Under the pieces are notes generated by a model. It was not told the DNA's origin. It did not search any database and was given only the letters and a program-made list of their open reading frames with translations. From contig NW_026515692.1 in NCBI RefSeq assembly GCF_025526975.1, forward strand, positions 62,001-126,000: DNA of 64,000 nucleotides, in the 5' to 3' direction. Of the stretch, positions 37,001 through 50,651 are shown piece by piece (the stretch's first letter is position 1; the number at the start of each line of letters is the position of its first letter). The position numbers were made by a program, and so were the translations under genes. Source of the stretch: Fimicolochytrium jonesii (taxonomy: Eukaryota).

Positions 37001-39783
37001 AAGGCTACACCTACCGACCGGCGACGGAGTTAGAAGTAGCTGCCATGAACGACGACCCTGTCCCAGGAGGGCTCTTCGTCAAGATACCATTCTCGAGAGC
37101 GCTCCCATCCGTCCAGTATAACATCAGCGTTATCGAGAGAAAAACTAAGCTGAACGAGCATGGATGGTTCGTGGACCGCGCAACAATGTTCATCATGGAT
37201 AATGAGATTCCCGACGTCGATCCGTCCGAGCCTTATCCATACGAGCCGTTTGTGGCCCGAGCAAACAAAGGTCAGGTCATCGATATCACTGCCATCAATA
37301 GGTTGCCGAAAAAGTCCCTTGCCAATCGCCATGACAATGCGCTGCCCGTATGCGGTGCTATTGGTTATCAGGGCGAAAGTTCTTTCCATGTTCATTTGGT
37401 AAAGTTTGACGTGATGTCCGCAGATGGCTCATCGACTGGTTGGAACTACATCAGTGCGCCTAAAGCCGGCGAGAAGTTTTATTACAAATGGTGGGCCGAC
37501 GAGGAGTTTGGCAGTATCTTCTTCCACGATCACCTCTTTGCGAACACTCGACAGAAAGCCGGACTGTACGGGAACATGGTCATCGAGCCTGAGGGCAGCA
37601 AGTACTTCAATCCTCGGACCAACGCACCTATGATTGCTGGACTCGAAGCGAGAATCGAGACACCCACCGACTCTTACAGGGAGTTTGCGTTCTCCTTTGG
37701 CGACTTTGTACCTGCCTTCAACGGTAGTCTCAGCCAAGCCATCCGTCCGCCTACAGCACCTGGTGGTATGGACGATCCTGGTATCTCGATGATCGGGTAT
37801 CGAGCCGAAGACCTTAACTATCGAGCCTCGCGCGGAAATCCTGAAACGTGGTTCTCCAGTCGCAAATTCAAAGAACCCGTCACTCATCTCTACGAAGCTT
37901 ACCCTGGTGACAAGATCATCCTTCGCATAGTTCAAGGAAGTCACGAGGAGGATCACTCTTTCCAAATTTACGGCATGAAGTGGCGCGAGTTTTTGGATAA
38001 CCCTACATCCAAATGGACGAATCAAAAGTCGATCGGAATATCGGAGGCGACGAACCTTTGGATCGATCGAACGTACGGACCAGGCGATCATATGTATAAG
38101 CTTTCTGGAATCAATGATCTCTGGACGGGAAACTGGGGCATTATTCGGGTCCACGATGGCATTCGACCAAACCTACCCCTGCTATCTTCAAACCGGAAAC
38201 CGAACTTCCGTCCACTGTCAAACATATTTTCGCTCAACTCCGCTGCTGGAATGAAGACGCGGGAATACCGAGTCGTCGCAACCCGCAGGCAGATTGACTA
38301 TGACAGTGATCTCTCCGACCCGTTTGGCATCATGTATGAAGTGGACTCGTACAAGGAACCGGATGGCGCGTGGCAAGCCGTGTCGTCGTTTGGCAAGAAG
38401 CCGGAACCCTTGGTTCTCCGCGTGCGAAAAGGAGAGCTGCTCAAGATCCATTTGGAGAACCGGCTGATCACTTCAATGAAAAAGGAGCCGGCCTACGCGA
38501 GGATTGCGGTGGAGAACGACGCCCGAAACGTCTCCAATCACATCTCCATCCATGTGGATGTGTTGCAGTTCGACGTTCGAGACTCGATGGGTGTGAATCT
38601 GGGTTGGAACCCTGATCAAACTGTTCCACCAGGCCAATGGAAGACCTATACGTATCACGCTGACGAGGAAGTCGGAGCGGTACCCATGCACGATATGGCC
38701 GATGTGAGAAATCACCGTCGTCACGGAGCAATTGGAGCGGTTGTTGTTCTCGAACACGATGCTGTGCCTGATCAATGGGTCGGGACTTCGACGGTCATAC
38801 GTGTCCCTTCCACAGGGCTCATCTATGATCAGTCAGTGCTTGTTGTCCAGGATGGGCTACGCCACTTTAAGAACGGGGATTTGACGATGAATGTCCTAGA
38901 TACGCCTGTAAGTGATGAGGACGAGGATAGAGGTCAGAAGGGCATCAACTACCGTTCCTGCCCGACACACCGGAGGGTCAATGAGACCCACGTGCTCTTC
39001 GATTCCCCCGGGGCGCTGGTGTTACCAGGAAGGGCAGGACGGCGCCACAAGATTTCTGTCATCGGAGGTACGGAACGAGAAAGAATGATGACTATTCACA
39101 TTCACGGTCACACCTGGAAACGATGGCCGACACCTGGGGTCGCGAGTCCCTATGTCAGCACCATTGACGGCATTACATCGGGATCCGCGGTGTTGATTGA
39201 CTTGGAGAACCCCGTCGAAGGAGACTGGTTGATCCGTAACGGTGGGTAGCTATTCTGAACTTTTCGACGATGTGGTCATTGACTGGTAGTGGTTATTACT
39301 ATTAGGGGTCAGCCTCTTCGGCGTTACTGACGGGATGTGGGCAATTTTGCGTAACGGTCCTGCTCAGGCTGAAACGCTGGGTACGTATATGCATAGGCTT
39401 AATTTGCGCGAGAGTGCACCCCATAGGACGCCTGTTAATCTCCTATCGCTCACTATCAAACTACAGAGGAGAAACCTCGCAAGTCGTCGATACAACTTCC
39501 ACCCAAGACTACGCCGACGTCTGTTCCGAACGTCACCAAAACTCCCACGGCCGACGCCAGTAAGAGTGTCGACTCGAGCGTTTCAATAAATGAGGCCACG
39601 AGGATTCCGACCGTAATGCCGTCGAGCTCGGCCAAGGCAAGCCAACCCACTACGGCCAGTGTCCCTACGAGTGAGCACCGCGATGCGACATCGCCCGCCG
39701 TTGGAAATCTTCCGTCTCTGCCCATATTGACGACAGTTGTCTTGATTGGACTTGGAGGATTCTTTTTAGGACGCGGCTTTTAG
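34038..39783 (+). CDS. Large MnxG-like multicopper oxidase 1 (multi-exon; start codon approximate; C-terminal Ser/Thr stalk and hydrophobic anchor)
   Basis: NNYGDHDPKG, PLVLRARVG, EEVHHSSWMFGDP (across intron 36401-36484), GVKETHVFHWHVHQW, HCHLYPHFHHGMWG, HVHLVKFDV..DG..GWNY, FFHDHLFAN, QGSHEEDHSF, NHRRHGAIG, DRGQKGINYR; ends ILTTVVLIGLGGFFLGRGF*. Confidence 0.9.
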
Positions 39784-40911
39784 ACTTTTATGTCCTGTAT
39801 TGTCTGCTGAATATTTCATATCTTTGGCATGCTTGTTTGAGTCATCATGAAAATAACGTTGCAAGGATGGCACCAGATCGGCTGTGCAGGAGGCGGTGAT
39901 CCCGACCGCAAGAACCAATTCCATCTCCGATGTGAATTGAGTTTTCCCTACCTACAACACCTCGCCGCAACGACGCCGCGTCGTCAAGGGGGTCTGAGCA
40001 TCGCAGCAGATATGTGCGGAGTTAGAGGCCGATGCGGGAAATTTCACTTGAATTTGGTAGTCGATCTAACAGAATATAACCCAACGGACCCAGTGACATA
40101 TCCGTCTCCTACTACGAGGCGGTAGATGCCACTGTGGATTGGAAGTCCAGGAATTTCGCATAGCAATTGGTGGTTTGAATGTCCCAGCGGACGCTGACGT
40201 TGGAGGCCGCCTAAAGAGCTCCATCGGGCGCTGCAAACGAGGAGAATGTCGGAAAATCAGCGGTTGGAATCCGGTATGTTGCCACGACCGTTTGGCGGTT
40301 CGAAATGGATGGCCGTGCCAGAAGGGCTATACGGCCACCGCATAGATCGATAGACGCCCAAGAATGCTCCCGACACGGATGCTGAGGTGGTTGACTGTGC
40401 TGTTTGGTGTATGTATAACCGCAAGGGCGCTTTACTTCTAGGGAGCTGGATCCGGACTTACGACCTCATGTAACAGTATGTTGGGCCGACGGACGAAGCT
40501 GCGTTTGGGTGGTGTTGGAGACGCACCAGCCGCGCGTGGAAATCGACAGCGCGATCATCCGCTATACGTGTTCGTGTCCGCCACATGCGCGAGACCCTCG
40601 CAATCGAGTCTTTTTCAGTTCATATTCGAGACATGAAGCTCATCCAGAAGCCAGTCATCAAGTTACCGTTCTTTCGCACCTCCGAAAATTGCAAGTAAGA
40701 GGAAAAATGTTCCATTGAAATTTCATATACTGTACTATAAAGAATTGAAGATCTGATCCCAAATACGCCGTACACAAAGTAATGTCCAAAGAGTGGCAAT
40801 GTTCCCAAAACGAAAACGAAAGTCGAATGATGGAAAAGGAATAAAAGTGGTCGGGAAGGACGAGACAATTGCGAAACAGAAGGCAGGTCATCGCAAGTAT
40901 CCGAGCAAAGC

Positions 40912-43900
40912 TCAGAGATGACCGGAGAAACGAACGGACGGGATATCGGCAGTGCTCTTGTCGTCCTTGTCGGTCTTGTCCTGCTGCAGGCCATCATTTC
41001 GATGGGGAGCCTCGTCCACGAATTCGCTTCCCACATCTACTTCCTTGGGGCTCACGCGCAAGATAGACCACATTCCTTCCATAACGTGCGATCTGATCGG
41101 TGCGAGTACGGGAAAGGTATCGGTACTGTTTAGCATCACTCCTCCAAGCTCCCCGAAAAACAACGCCGTCATACCGAACAAGGCCGAACCGCCCAATCTC
41201 CTTGCCTGTCGGCCTTGAACACGAACGTCTCCGTGCGTCCCGGGTTGATCGCATTGTCCACGCCTGTCGCAGTCGCTCCCGCGTTCTCAATCTCCGAAAA
41301 CACATGTCCGTGCACATGCAGCGAAATCGCTCGCGGCTTATCGTTCGCGGCTACCATATGGAACATCTGGTACCTTCCTTGGACCGCATGCCAGATGGGT
41401 GTGGGCGGGTTGTCGGGTTGAAGCCAGATGGGGTCAAAGGTTGGTGCCGAGCGATAGTTCAGCCCCTTTTGTCCTTGATCTTCCGGGTCTGATCGTCGTT
41501 TGAGCAAAATGAGAAGGGGAACGGCGCGCGCTTGAAGAACAAAATGTTCCATCTTTACCGATCTGGTTTGCCAACCGCCGCATATGAGGGTGACACAAGT
41601 CCCGATCGTCGTCCGGCAAGGGCATCTGACCATGCTGCTCCTTCAACCAGACTGAGATGTTGCACGCCTTGAAAAAGAACGGGTCACGCAGGAACTGAGC
41701 AAGGGTGTGCGGTCTCGGGGCTTGCAAATCGTTCATAATCTCGGCATTCGCAACATCGCCGTCCGCTCCGGTGTTCACGTTCGTGTCTATGTCGGGGATG
41801 GGTTCGTTCGGATTTCTTCTGTTGAAGAGTCGCAAGCCTAGTAATGACAGACAGACAAAGTCAGCATGGGACCAAGCGACAGGCGGAAACAGGGGTGTCT
41901 CTTACCATCCTGCAACAAAATGACATGCTCATCCATGACAAACACATCATCCTCATCGATTCTTGGATGGAACCCCATAGCGCCGCCCGCTTGATTGAAC
42001 CGAATACTCGCGCTGTCGTCAAACTGCCCGGGTACTGACCATACGCGCTGTAGCGTAGCTTCCTGACCGTACCAACGAGAGGGAAGCCACCCTGGGGGGC
42101 GAACGACGAGCGCGCCGATTAGACCGTGGTGCCGATGGTTGCGGAAGTCGGATTGATCTTGAAGGACGATGGGGCTGCCATAGAACTGGGAGCCGGCGAA
42201 CATTCATCAGCCGAATGAATAACATAACGCAACGAAAAACAACGATTCTTCTCCTTTTGGTTAAAGCAGTTTCGTACCTGGTCCGCAAACCACGTGAAAG
42301 GCCGAGTTTCGCCGGGTGGGACGGTTTGGTCCGGATTGAAACCGACTGCAGCAGGAATGGGATTAGGGCCCGCCTTGAAGTCGCCACCTGAGGAACTTGA
42401 AAGACACGGATGAACCCACCATTGGTCCCATCGTTCGTACGGGTATCAAAGAGAACGATGTCAGCGTGGATGGAAACGTGTTCCGAGACTCTGCGGAAGT
42501 TCAACAGATCCACCGGGACTATTGAAGAAGAAGGAAAAGAACGGCATTAAGGGACGATTCTCGCCAAAAGGGCCAGCGTAGAGACCGCCCGCATAAGACT
42601 TACCTTCGGGTCTGTGCTTTTCCGCCACCAGGTCCCGACGAATATTGTTGGTGAGCCACACCGTCACAAACTCGCCGACCTGGGCGCGGATGACTAGCGG
42701 TTCCGGGTTCTTGCCCTTTTGCGCCACAGAAATCCATGTATTCGTTCCAGGCTCTACAAGGGCGGATTTGACCAGATGTTAGTTTACGCATCCTGTATGT
42801 TACACATAACCCCGAGGGAACGAACCTTTGTAAGCCTCGAGCCGATAAACCAAACCAAACGGATCCTTCCAGGCTGCCCCAAAAATCCCTCCGTATAATC
42901 AATCAGCCTCGTTTCCGCAACGACCCGGTATTCTCTGTGGCGGCTTGGGTTGATCTTAGCCGGTAAGTGCGGCGTGGTACGGTTGTTGAACGGGTCCGCA
43001 TTGCTGGGGAGCACCGGCAGCGATGCGTTCAGGTGGTCAAAGACACGAACGAGCGACCAGCACCCGAGCCATGTATCGTCGATCACGCCCCAGTAAATCA
43101 GGTGATCGCCAGGCGTGTAGTCTCCCTCGATGATTTTGGTGAAGGCCTTGGAGATGCCGAGAATTTGCTGATCTACGAGGCGCGAGTCGGGGTCTGTCCA
43201 GAGGTCGTGCCAGCGGAACCCGTACGCATTGAACGAATGAGACTCTTCGTGCGAGCCTTGCCCGATGCGTAGCCGGATGGTATCGTTTGGGTATGACTGG
43301 TAAATAGTGGTGAAGGGATCGCCGAAGACTTTGGAGTCCATCAGCAGACGCGGGTCCGGCTCCTGGTGATGCTCGCGGCGGAAGCGTTTGATGCGTTCGC
43401 GGAAAGGTTCAGACTTGTAGTTGACCACCATGACGCCGTTGTCGTTGAGTGCGGACGGGAAAGGCGGCGGGTTGATTGGGATCCCAACTCTTGTGAACGC
43501 TGGATGCTGGTCAGCCACAAACTGGACAATTTCGCAGAACCAGTCGCCGTCCGGCTTGCGGATCGCAGCTTGGATCCCCGTGAGCGTGCGTTGAGCCAGA
43601 TTGTTGTTCAAGAAGTATTCCGCACCTGGAGTAGTATTTGGAACCATTGATCAGAACTCTGCGAAGGCTGGCATGCACAGACCGAAAAAACTGCGGACAA
43701 CAGAACTCCGAAAGGCTCAATCGGCGACATTGCATACAATCCGCGCTTTTGACGGGTTTGTGGGAAGAGATGGTCGTGAAAGAAGACATGACCGAATTCC
43801 TCGTCTGCCCACCAACGCGCAATGTAGTACCGCCCGAACCGAGCGCCACTGATGTAGTTCCAACCGACGGAAGCTCCATCAGAACACTGGACATCAAACT

Positions 43901-46350
43901 TGACTAGGTGTACGTGCATGCCGACCTCCCCTTCCAAAGGATGTTTCGGGCAGTCGGGCACTGCCATTTCGAAAGCGTCTTCGGGCAGGAAGGTGTCGAA
44001 CTTGTTTTTAATCGTGTTGACGAGGACATTGCCGTGATTGCCGCGGAGAATCAATGGGTCGTATGGGGTAGGGGTGTTCCGGTCGCCAAACTCTTCCTCC
44101 TCAATCATGTAGATATGGCCTTTCGGATCATGCCAGCCGTAGTTGTTGAACAAAATATCTTTATTGATTGCTGAGACGTTGTGCTTGACCTCGCGTACAG
44201 GGATTCCGCGATCGATGAACCCCGTTTGCGGGTGGGAAACAGGGCCCAGAAGTTTCCGGGCTGGGGGTTGGCGTTCATCGCAGCAACCTCGATAGGGTTG
44301 GCAGGACGATAGTCTGATCCCTCAGGGATGGGGCCGAGTATTGCCTCGGGCCAGCCAATGCGAGGGGACTTCTGACGGAACTCGCCGGGAATGAAGTTTG
44401 GGAAACCAGGCCGAAGAGCGGTGGGTGGCGGCGGAGGTTGACGGTCGGGGAGCACGAACAGGGGCTGGATCTGACTGCCGTCGGGGTAGCGTTGAGACCC
44501 ATTTTGGAGCTTATCGAATACGCGGAAGATTCCCCACATGCCGAGCGTGAAGTGAGGGTACAAATGGCAGTGAAAGATCACATCGCCGATGGATTTCAGT
44601 CGTGAGCCCGAGCCATATAATGCGGTGAACGTCGTTGCCCATTGTGGTGACAAACTGAAGGAATCAGTGATAGGGCTGTCGGTCTTTCCGTCGACGGCAT
44701 ACCATTGATGCACATGCCTAGCGGGCGGAATGATAAAGTGAGCGAAACTTGTATTCGTTGCCCAGCTACAAATCTAAGCTCACAACTCACCAGTGGAACA
44801 CATGCGTCTCTTGGACGCCGCCGTGGACAACCCGAAACTTGGCGGGATCTCCAGCGTAGTTGGTGAACACCAAACCCGGGTCGCCATGCATCCAAGAGGA
44901 ATGGTGCTGTTCTTCCCCGAAAACGGGACGCTTAAGGATGCCGTTGTTAATGCGGTCGAATACGTCGGATTGACGGTTGCGGAGGGGTTCGGAGCGGTAG
45001 CTACGATGGAAATGAAATGCGTCAGGAATATGGGATTAGGGGGTAACCTCATGGGATCCGTAACCTACTTGATTGCGTGAACAGCATCATTGTCTCTTGT
45101 TTCGACGTCCGGCCTTCCGACAGACGGCCCCGGTTGCCCTTCGCCGCACGGGTTTTCCGTCAACTTGAAACCCTTTCTGACTTCCGCTTGATCATGGAAA
45201 ATAGTGACGTGCTCGCGGAATGAAGCGCTAGGGTCGTGCAATTCGGGCTCCTCGCGGAAGAAGTCGGCTTTGAAGTTCCGGTACCCCGATCGCTTCGGTG
45301 GATGGATATCAGCAGTAAGGCCGTCGCGGATAGGCTTGCCGGTGTGGGGATGCGTCCTGAATTTGGGACGGTGCTCCAGATGTCAGTCTTCTTCTTCAAC
45401 GCGGTGTGTCATCTCGACTTTAGCAACTCCGCTACTCACCAGCGAGAGCCGAAGGGTTCCACCACCAACGCCCCAAAGAGGCCGTGTAGATTGGTATCAT
45501 TTTCGCGCCCGCCGAGGTTGCCTGCATCACACCTTCGTGGCCACACTGCCAATGGTACTGATAGCGGCCGCCTGGAGGTGCGAGAGACGGAGGGTTCCTG
45601 CCGACTGAACCAGCAGTTACGATGGAGTGAATGACGAGGGCACCTCGCAATAAGAAGACTCACCAGCGGACCCGTCGTCCCTCACATCATGCCCATCCAG
45701 AGCAACGTGGAGGCCTACAGCATGCTTGCGAATGTGGTTCTCCAGGTTGACGGTGACGGAGTCGTGCAAGTTGCAGCGAAGCACAAGAGGGCGCACGAGC
45801 GGGTTGAGCTCAAACCGGCGTGCAGTACGCGAAGTCGCATTGATTGAGTTGGGGACAAAGTTCTCGGAATAGCGTTCGAGGGCTTGCTCGTTCTCTACAA
45901 GGGAAAAAGCAGCACCAGCTATTGCATCTAAGCTTTTTCAAGGTTTTGCCCAATGTACCTTTCAACGCAAACATGAGTCCGTTGGGATCGTGATCTGAGC
46001 ATCGGGAATTGAAAGCGCGGATGAGACTGAGTGATAATGATATGATGAGCGACAAGCAAATCCAACGTACCTCCGTAAATGTTGAACACGATAGGAACTT
46101 CAAGCGCCACGACATCTGTTCCGAGAGCACAGATGATATCGACAAGGAACCCCTGTATTAGTAACGGCTTGAAACAGCCTCGCTTGAATGCTTAAATCAC
46201 AAATCCAGTACCGTAATGACGATGCTGCCGTTCAACGGGCACAGTCAAGTCGATGCCATTAAGGTCATAGACCGGGACAGCCGGAAGTGCATTGATGCCG
46301 AGCACCCCGTACACAAGCAGTGACAATCGCGTGATGCGTTTAAGGATCAT
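40912..46350 (-). CDS. Large MnxG-like multicopper oxidase 2 (multi-exon, signal peptide)
   Basis: MILKRITRLSLLVYGVLGINA; DVVALEVPIVFNIYG|DHDPNG, GDVIFHCHLYPHFTLGMWG, HVHLVKFDVQCSDGASVGWNY, FFHDHLF, QGSHEESHSFN, NHRHHGLIG, DQGQKGLNYR, LHVHGH. Confidence 0.88.
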
Positions 46351-49300
46351 CGTGTAAGAATGTATCGGAAGAGGTGACAGATCGTAAATCGGATGCGAGG
46401 TGTAAAATGGATGAGGAGAGTGGGATGTGGGATCCGGAATGAGGATGGGTGGATACGACCGGCCTGCTCCCTTTTATAGCCAACGAGCTCGCATGCCGCT
46501 TCAGTGACAGTTCCAAAAAAGAACATCTTCCGCTCCCGCAAGTGGTTGTTCAGTCGCAAGGCCGCCAAAATTCCCATGACCGCACTAAGGCAAGCCTAAG
46601 GCAAGCGGAATGGAGAGCGAAAAAGTTTCAGCATGAACGATCAACCCAGTTGTTTGTGACCAGACCTTTTTTTTCGATGTTCACAAAGTCCGCTCCTTGG
46701 GGAAGTCCCCCTCATCCAGGCCCAGAAGCCTCCTCTTCCTTGCCTCGAGGGAAACGCACAACGATGCACAAATCCTCGCAAAACTTCATAAATGTCAACG
46801 GGCTGCGATGTTATCACAATGGAGCATGCGGTGAACTTACATGGACCCGTCACTGAAGCACTGCCCCTCACTACGCACTGACATCCAGCCGTTCCTCCTT
46901 GTCGCCATGTGGCATCAGTGCAAGGTCAAGGAACAATTTCGAATAAGGTGCAAGCAATATGTGCGCAGGATCGTCGAATGTTAGCACCGTGCGGTGTTTT
47001 GAAGTTGGTAGTCGCCCAGATTGTTGATGTGAACGTAATTGCTTGGAAGTTCCGATTTTTTAGTATGCTGTCACTACAGCCTGAACGTTCCGGCCGTAGA
47101 ATCCATGGGACAACGAGGGATCAGCTCCGCTCGTATGAAAAGAATCCATGGCTCTGCCCAGGGGTTGTGGAGCGACGTGCCCTTTTTAAGAGCGAATTTT
47201 GCGAACCGCTCAACATGTCGGGGGCCATTTTTTCGGCGGTGAAGGTTTCATCCGTGGCCAGGGCTGTTAGACATGGAAAGGGAGGCGAAAACCCACATAT
47301 TGCTCAGGTAAATAATTCGGAGGCGAGTCGGAGGTCCACATCAATGTGCTTGTGATTTTGGCCCTGCGGCGTTGTGGTTCGAAAAGTTTTTTGTGGGCGT
47401 GGCCCTGCAATCGGTGCTGGAGGAAGTCTACTATTGTAACTCCGACAAGCTTGTCAAAAGTGTCAGTCGCAGCGAAACTGTCAAACTGTCAATCATCGAT
47501 TAGCGTCTCTTCAACTTTTTGTGTTGTTGCAGTTCTTGGGATGATGTGCATCGACGGAGCCCAGGTGGCCGCGTACTACCGTACGATGCCTCTCCCTCAA
47601 TGCACTGTCCCGGTGACAACAGCCCACTTCAGCTTCAACATGTCCGAGGACGATCAGCCGCACAAACGATCTAGCACTACCCCAGCAAATATGCCTCAGA
47701 AGCACGGAATCCAGATATTTGTGGACTTGGGAAAGCAAAAAGGGCAATAACAACGGGAAAAAGCAGCAAAGGTAGAGCACAAAGGATCATCAAGAAAAAG
47801 AAAGCAAGCCTGTCAATCGCAGAGCTGCCGTTATCACAGCTTCCGATGAGCATCGATCGGTATCAGCAAGAAGTTCCGAAGCTCATGGCTGACCTGCGAA
47901 GAAGATTCGACTAGACGCTGATGGCGCTCGAACATGGCTGTCTGTCGATCTTGGGACCACAAGCGATTCTCCACGGGTGACCTGTCAGTATCGTATCGCG
48001 GTTTCTCGGGGGACAGGCGGCCAACGGGAAAAGTCTGTCTTCCGTTAAAGACGACCAAAGGTTTGTGTGCCTGAAAGCAGGATACTTGGTCGTATTCGCA
48101 ATTCGGCCCTTCACGATCTGGCCACGGCATTGTTTTTCTGCCCCGATTCCCCCAGTTGCAATGAAGTTTGAAGATCCCCTTCCGCATTGCAGCCATTTTG
48201 TGCATTGGTCTGAGGAGACTGGCATGCTCCCGGAAGAATCTGGTGTCGGTCCCGCGCCGCCCCGCCAGCTCTCCCGCAATTCCTTTCTTAATATCCATTG
48301 TAAGTTTCGACATCCCGGAAATATGAGGAACTGAGCCGCACCTCAGCACTCGAGATCGGACATGTGAACTTCATCTCGCCCTCCTCGCTGATAGGGAATA
48401 TTTCTCTTGTCAGCATTGTAGCGTACGGACAACAGCACGCTGAGCCCTCAGGAAAAGTGGACGAGACGAGAACGGAGCAATGCGGCGGAATGGGGGAGTT
48501 TGTGAGCCTCCACGCTGCACATTCTGCTGCCACGCTGCTCATTCTGCTGGCATTGTCCTCGCTGATTGTTCCCGCATTGACATTTTCCGCTTTCCGCGAA
48601 GCCAGCGCAGTCTTTTCCTTTTGTCTCTCGCTCGGTTTCGACGTTGGTATCTTGTCTACATCGACAGGTAAGCAGAGCCGCTTCCCGAGTACAGTACATT
48701 ACTTCCCAAGACACAAAAAACGCCAAATGACGCTTCCGAAGACATACAAAAAAACGAAAATCCAAATATCAACAGAAATGGAAGCCCTAAAGTGGTTGCT
48801 TCATCTGCAGCGAAACAGATCGGCTTGGAGTGTATGGTTTCTTCTTGCTCGCGATTCAGATTCAGGAAATCACAACTCCGACGCGTCGCGTGACGTAATC
48901 AGTTCCGACGCGTTCTTTATAGGGCAGGATTCCGGGAACATGCGGGAAGGGGTTACCCGTCTTAGGAGCAGACTCTCTGATATACTGTCCCACTGCTCTC
49001 ATGCGGAGAACGGATACTCCGGTCACTCCCCTGCGTAAACAGCTTCCTTCTGTCGCTTTGTAAATGAGTCCCTTCCGCTCTCAGAGTAAAACTGAGACCA
49101 CACGGACGACACCCCTTTGCTTCTCCTGCAGGTGACGCGAAGCCACTGTGGATAGATTTTCCAGAACGTGGATGGGAAAAACTTCTACTGATTGGATGTA
49201 TGTTTGAAGGATTTTGGATCCAGCACTTCTAATTGATGAAAGTCCACACTTTACTGATTGTCCATACCCTGTTTAGTGTGGTCCAATATTCTCAGGATTG

Positions 49301-49474
49301 ATGGTTGGGGTTTGTTGTTTTAATGGCAGGGAATGGGCCAGAAAAGGGAGCTGTGGGAAAAGCGGAGTTGTTTCCTGCCTCGCGACGCGACTGCTCAAAC
49401 GTACAGTATGTGCGCAGTGCGCACGCCGCACTGAGCTTTCTTTTGTGGGGAAAGGCCACCTTGCCACCTAAATA

Positions 49475-49618
49475 CCCGTGCCAAAGGTCTCGTATCATAC
49501 TCGACCCGGTACTTCCCGCGCTGCGTGAAGCCGGGCACTCTCTCCTAGGACCTGAGAGTGCCGCCGGAGCGCCCTCGGCGCGACTGCGGGCGAGTATGAT
49601 ACGAGACCTTGGCACGAG
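49475..49618 (+). mobile_element. MITE copy 2 with TA TSD
   Basis: TA|CCCGTGCCAAAGGTCTCGTATCATACTCG...CGAGTATGATACGAGACCTTGGCACGAG|TA. Confidence 0.9.
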
Positions 49619-50651
49619 TACTGTAGTGTGGAAAAGCACGTTAACATACAAGCTGGCTACGTCTCCCGCTTTCTTTTCTCGCACATAGCAGCATACAGCA
49701 TCCACCCAACGGAGAAAACTGCAGCATACCCGGCTTTGCGTTATGTCTCTGACAATCCAACTCACCTACTGTGACGAGGACTCGGTTTTCATCGCCAAAG
49801 GCGAGTTTCCCCTTACGGAGAAGAACCCATATCCTAACTCGATCTGCGCCGTGGACGGCGACTACGCTGGAATCGTACGCAGCATACTCGAACAAGCGGA
49901 GGAGTTCGCGCCCGGGACGAACCTACAGGTGAAAACTGACGCCAAGGTTCTCAACGCTTCTCTTTTAAACTAGTGTGCTCAGCGGTTCCGAGGCCCTGAT
50001 TTGGCGACAACCCTCGTCGCGGCCAAACTGATCCCCGGGAAGCCCTCTACGTGGTCCCATGGGTCCCCTTTTCTACCCCTTAAGCGTTGATACCATCTTC
50101 CTAAGGGGCAGAAGGCGCTGATACACGGCAGCGGAATCCCAGTCAGCCTCTCGATTCGCGGTTGATCGTTGAGAGTTATGTAAGCTCCTTCGTTCGCCTA
50201 TTTTTTTCCTGTTACGCGTTTTCTTCGCTTCCGTAAGGCCGCAGTGGTTCGCGCTTTGCGAGCGAGGGTAGAGGAGAGGATGGGGAAGGAGCGCAAGTGA
50301 TTCGAGTCTCACGTTTGCAGCCGTACCCACATTTGCAGCCGTGGAGATGACGGTCCGCCTGATAGCGTTGAGGTAATACGTTCTGAGGAAAACTGGAGGG
50401 TATTCGACGGATACTGACAAGCACTCGGAATGAAAGCGGGAAAAGCGTGATGCGGTGCCTCTAAATCTTAAGTGCCTTTCTTGAGTTGGGCGCGGAATCG
50501 AGCGTGGGCCTGTATAGTTGTCATAATGTATTTTGTGTGCAAGATTGGGGAGGCACGGAAAATGATTGAAAAACAAGGTTTTCCCAAGTCGCGCAATATT
50601 CCATCCTACACTACGCAACAGTCTCTACAACCTACTGCAACTACATCCCAT

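Noticed and set aside
31262..46350. Bacterial contamination
   Set aside because: The genes contain GT..AG introns whose removal restores conserved motifs, and they are contiguous with fungal MSP1 and LYS9.
46400..50600. Several 60-224 aa ORFs, including 49743..49973
   Set aside because: No recognisable domains; a small spliced gene near 49743 is possible but cannot be supported.
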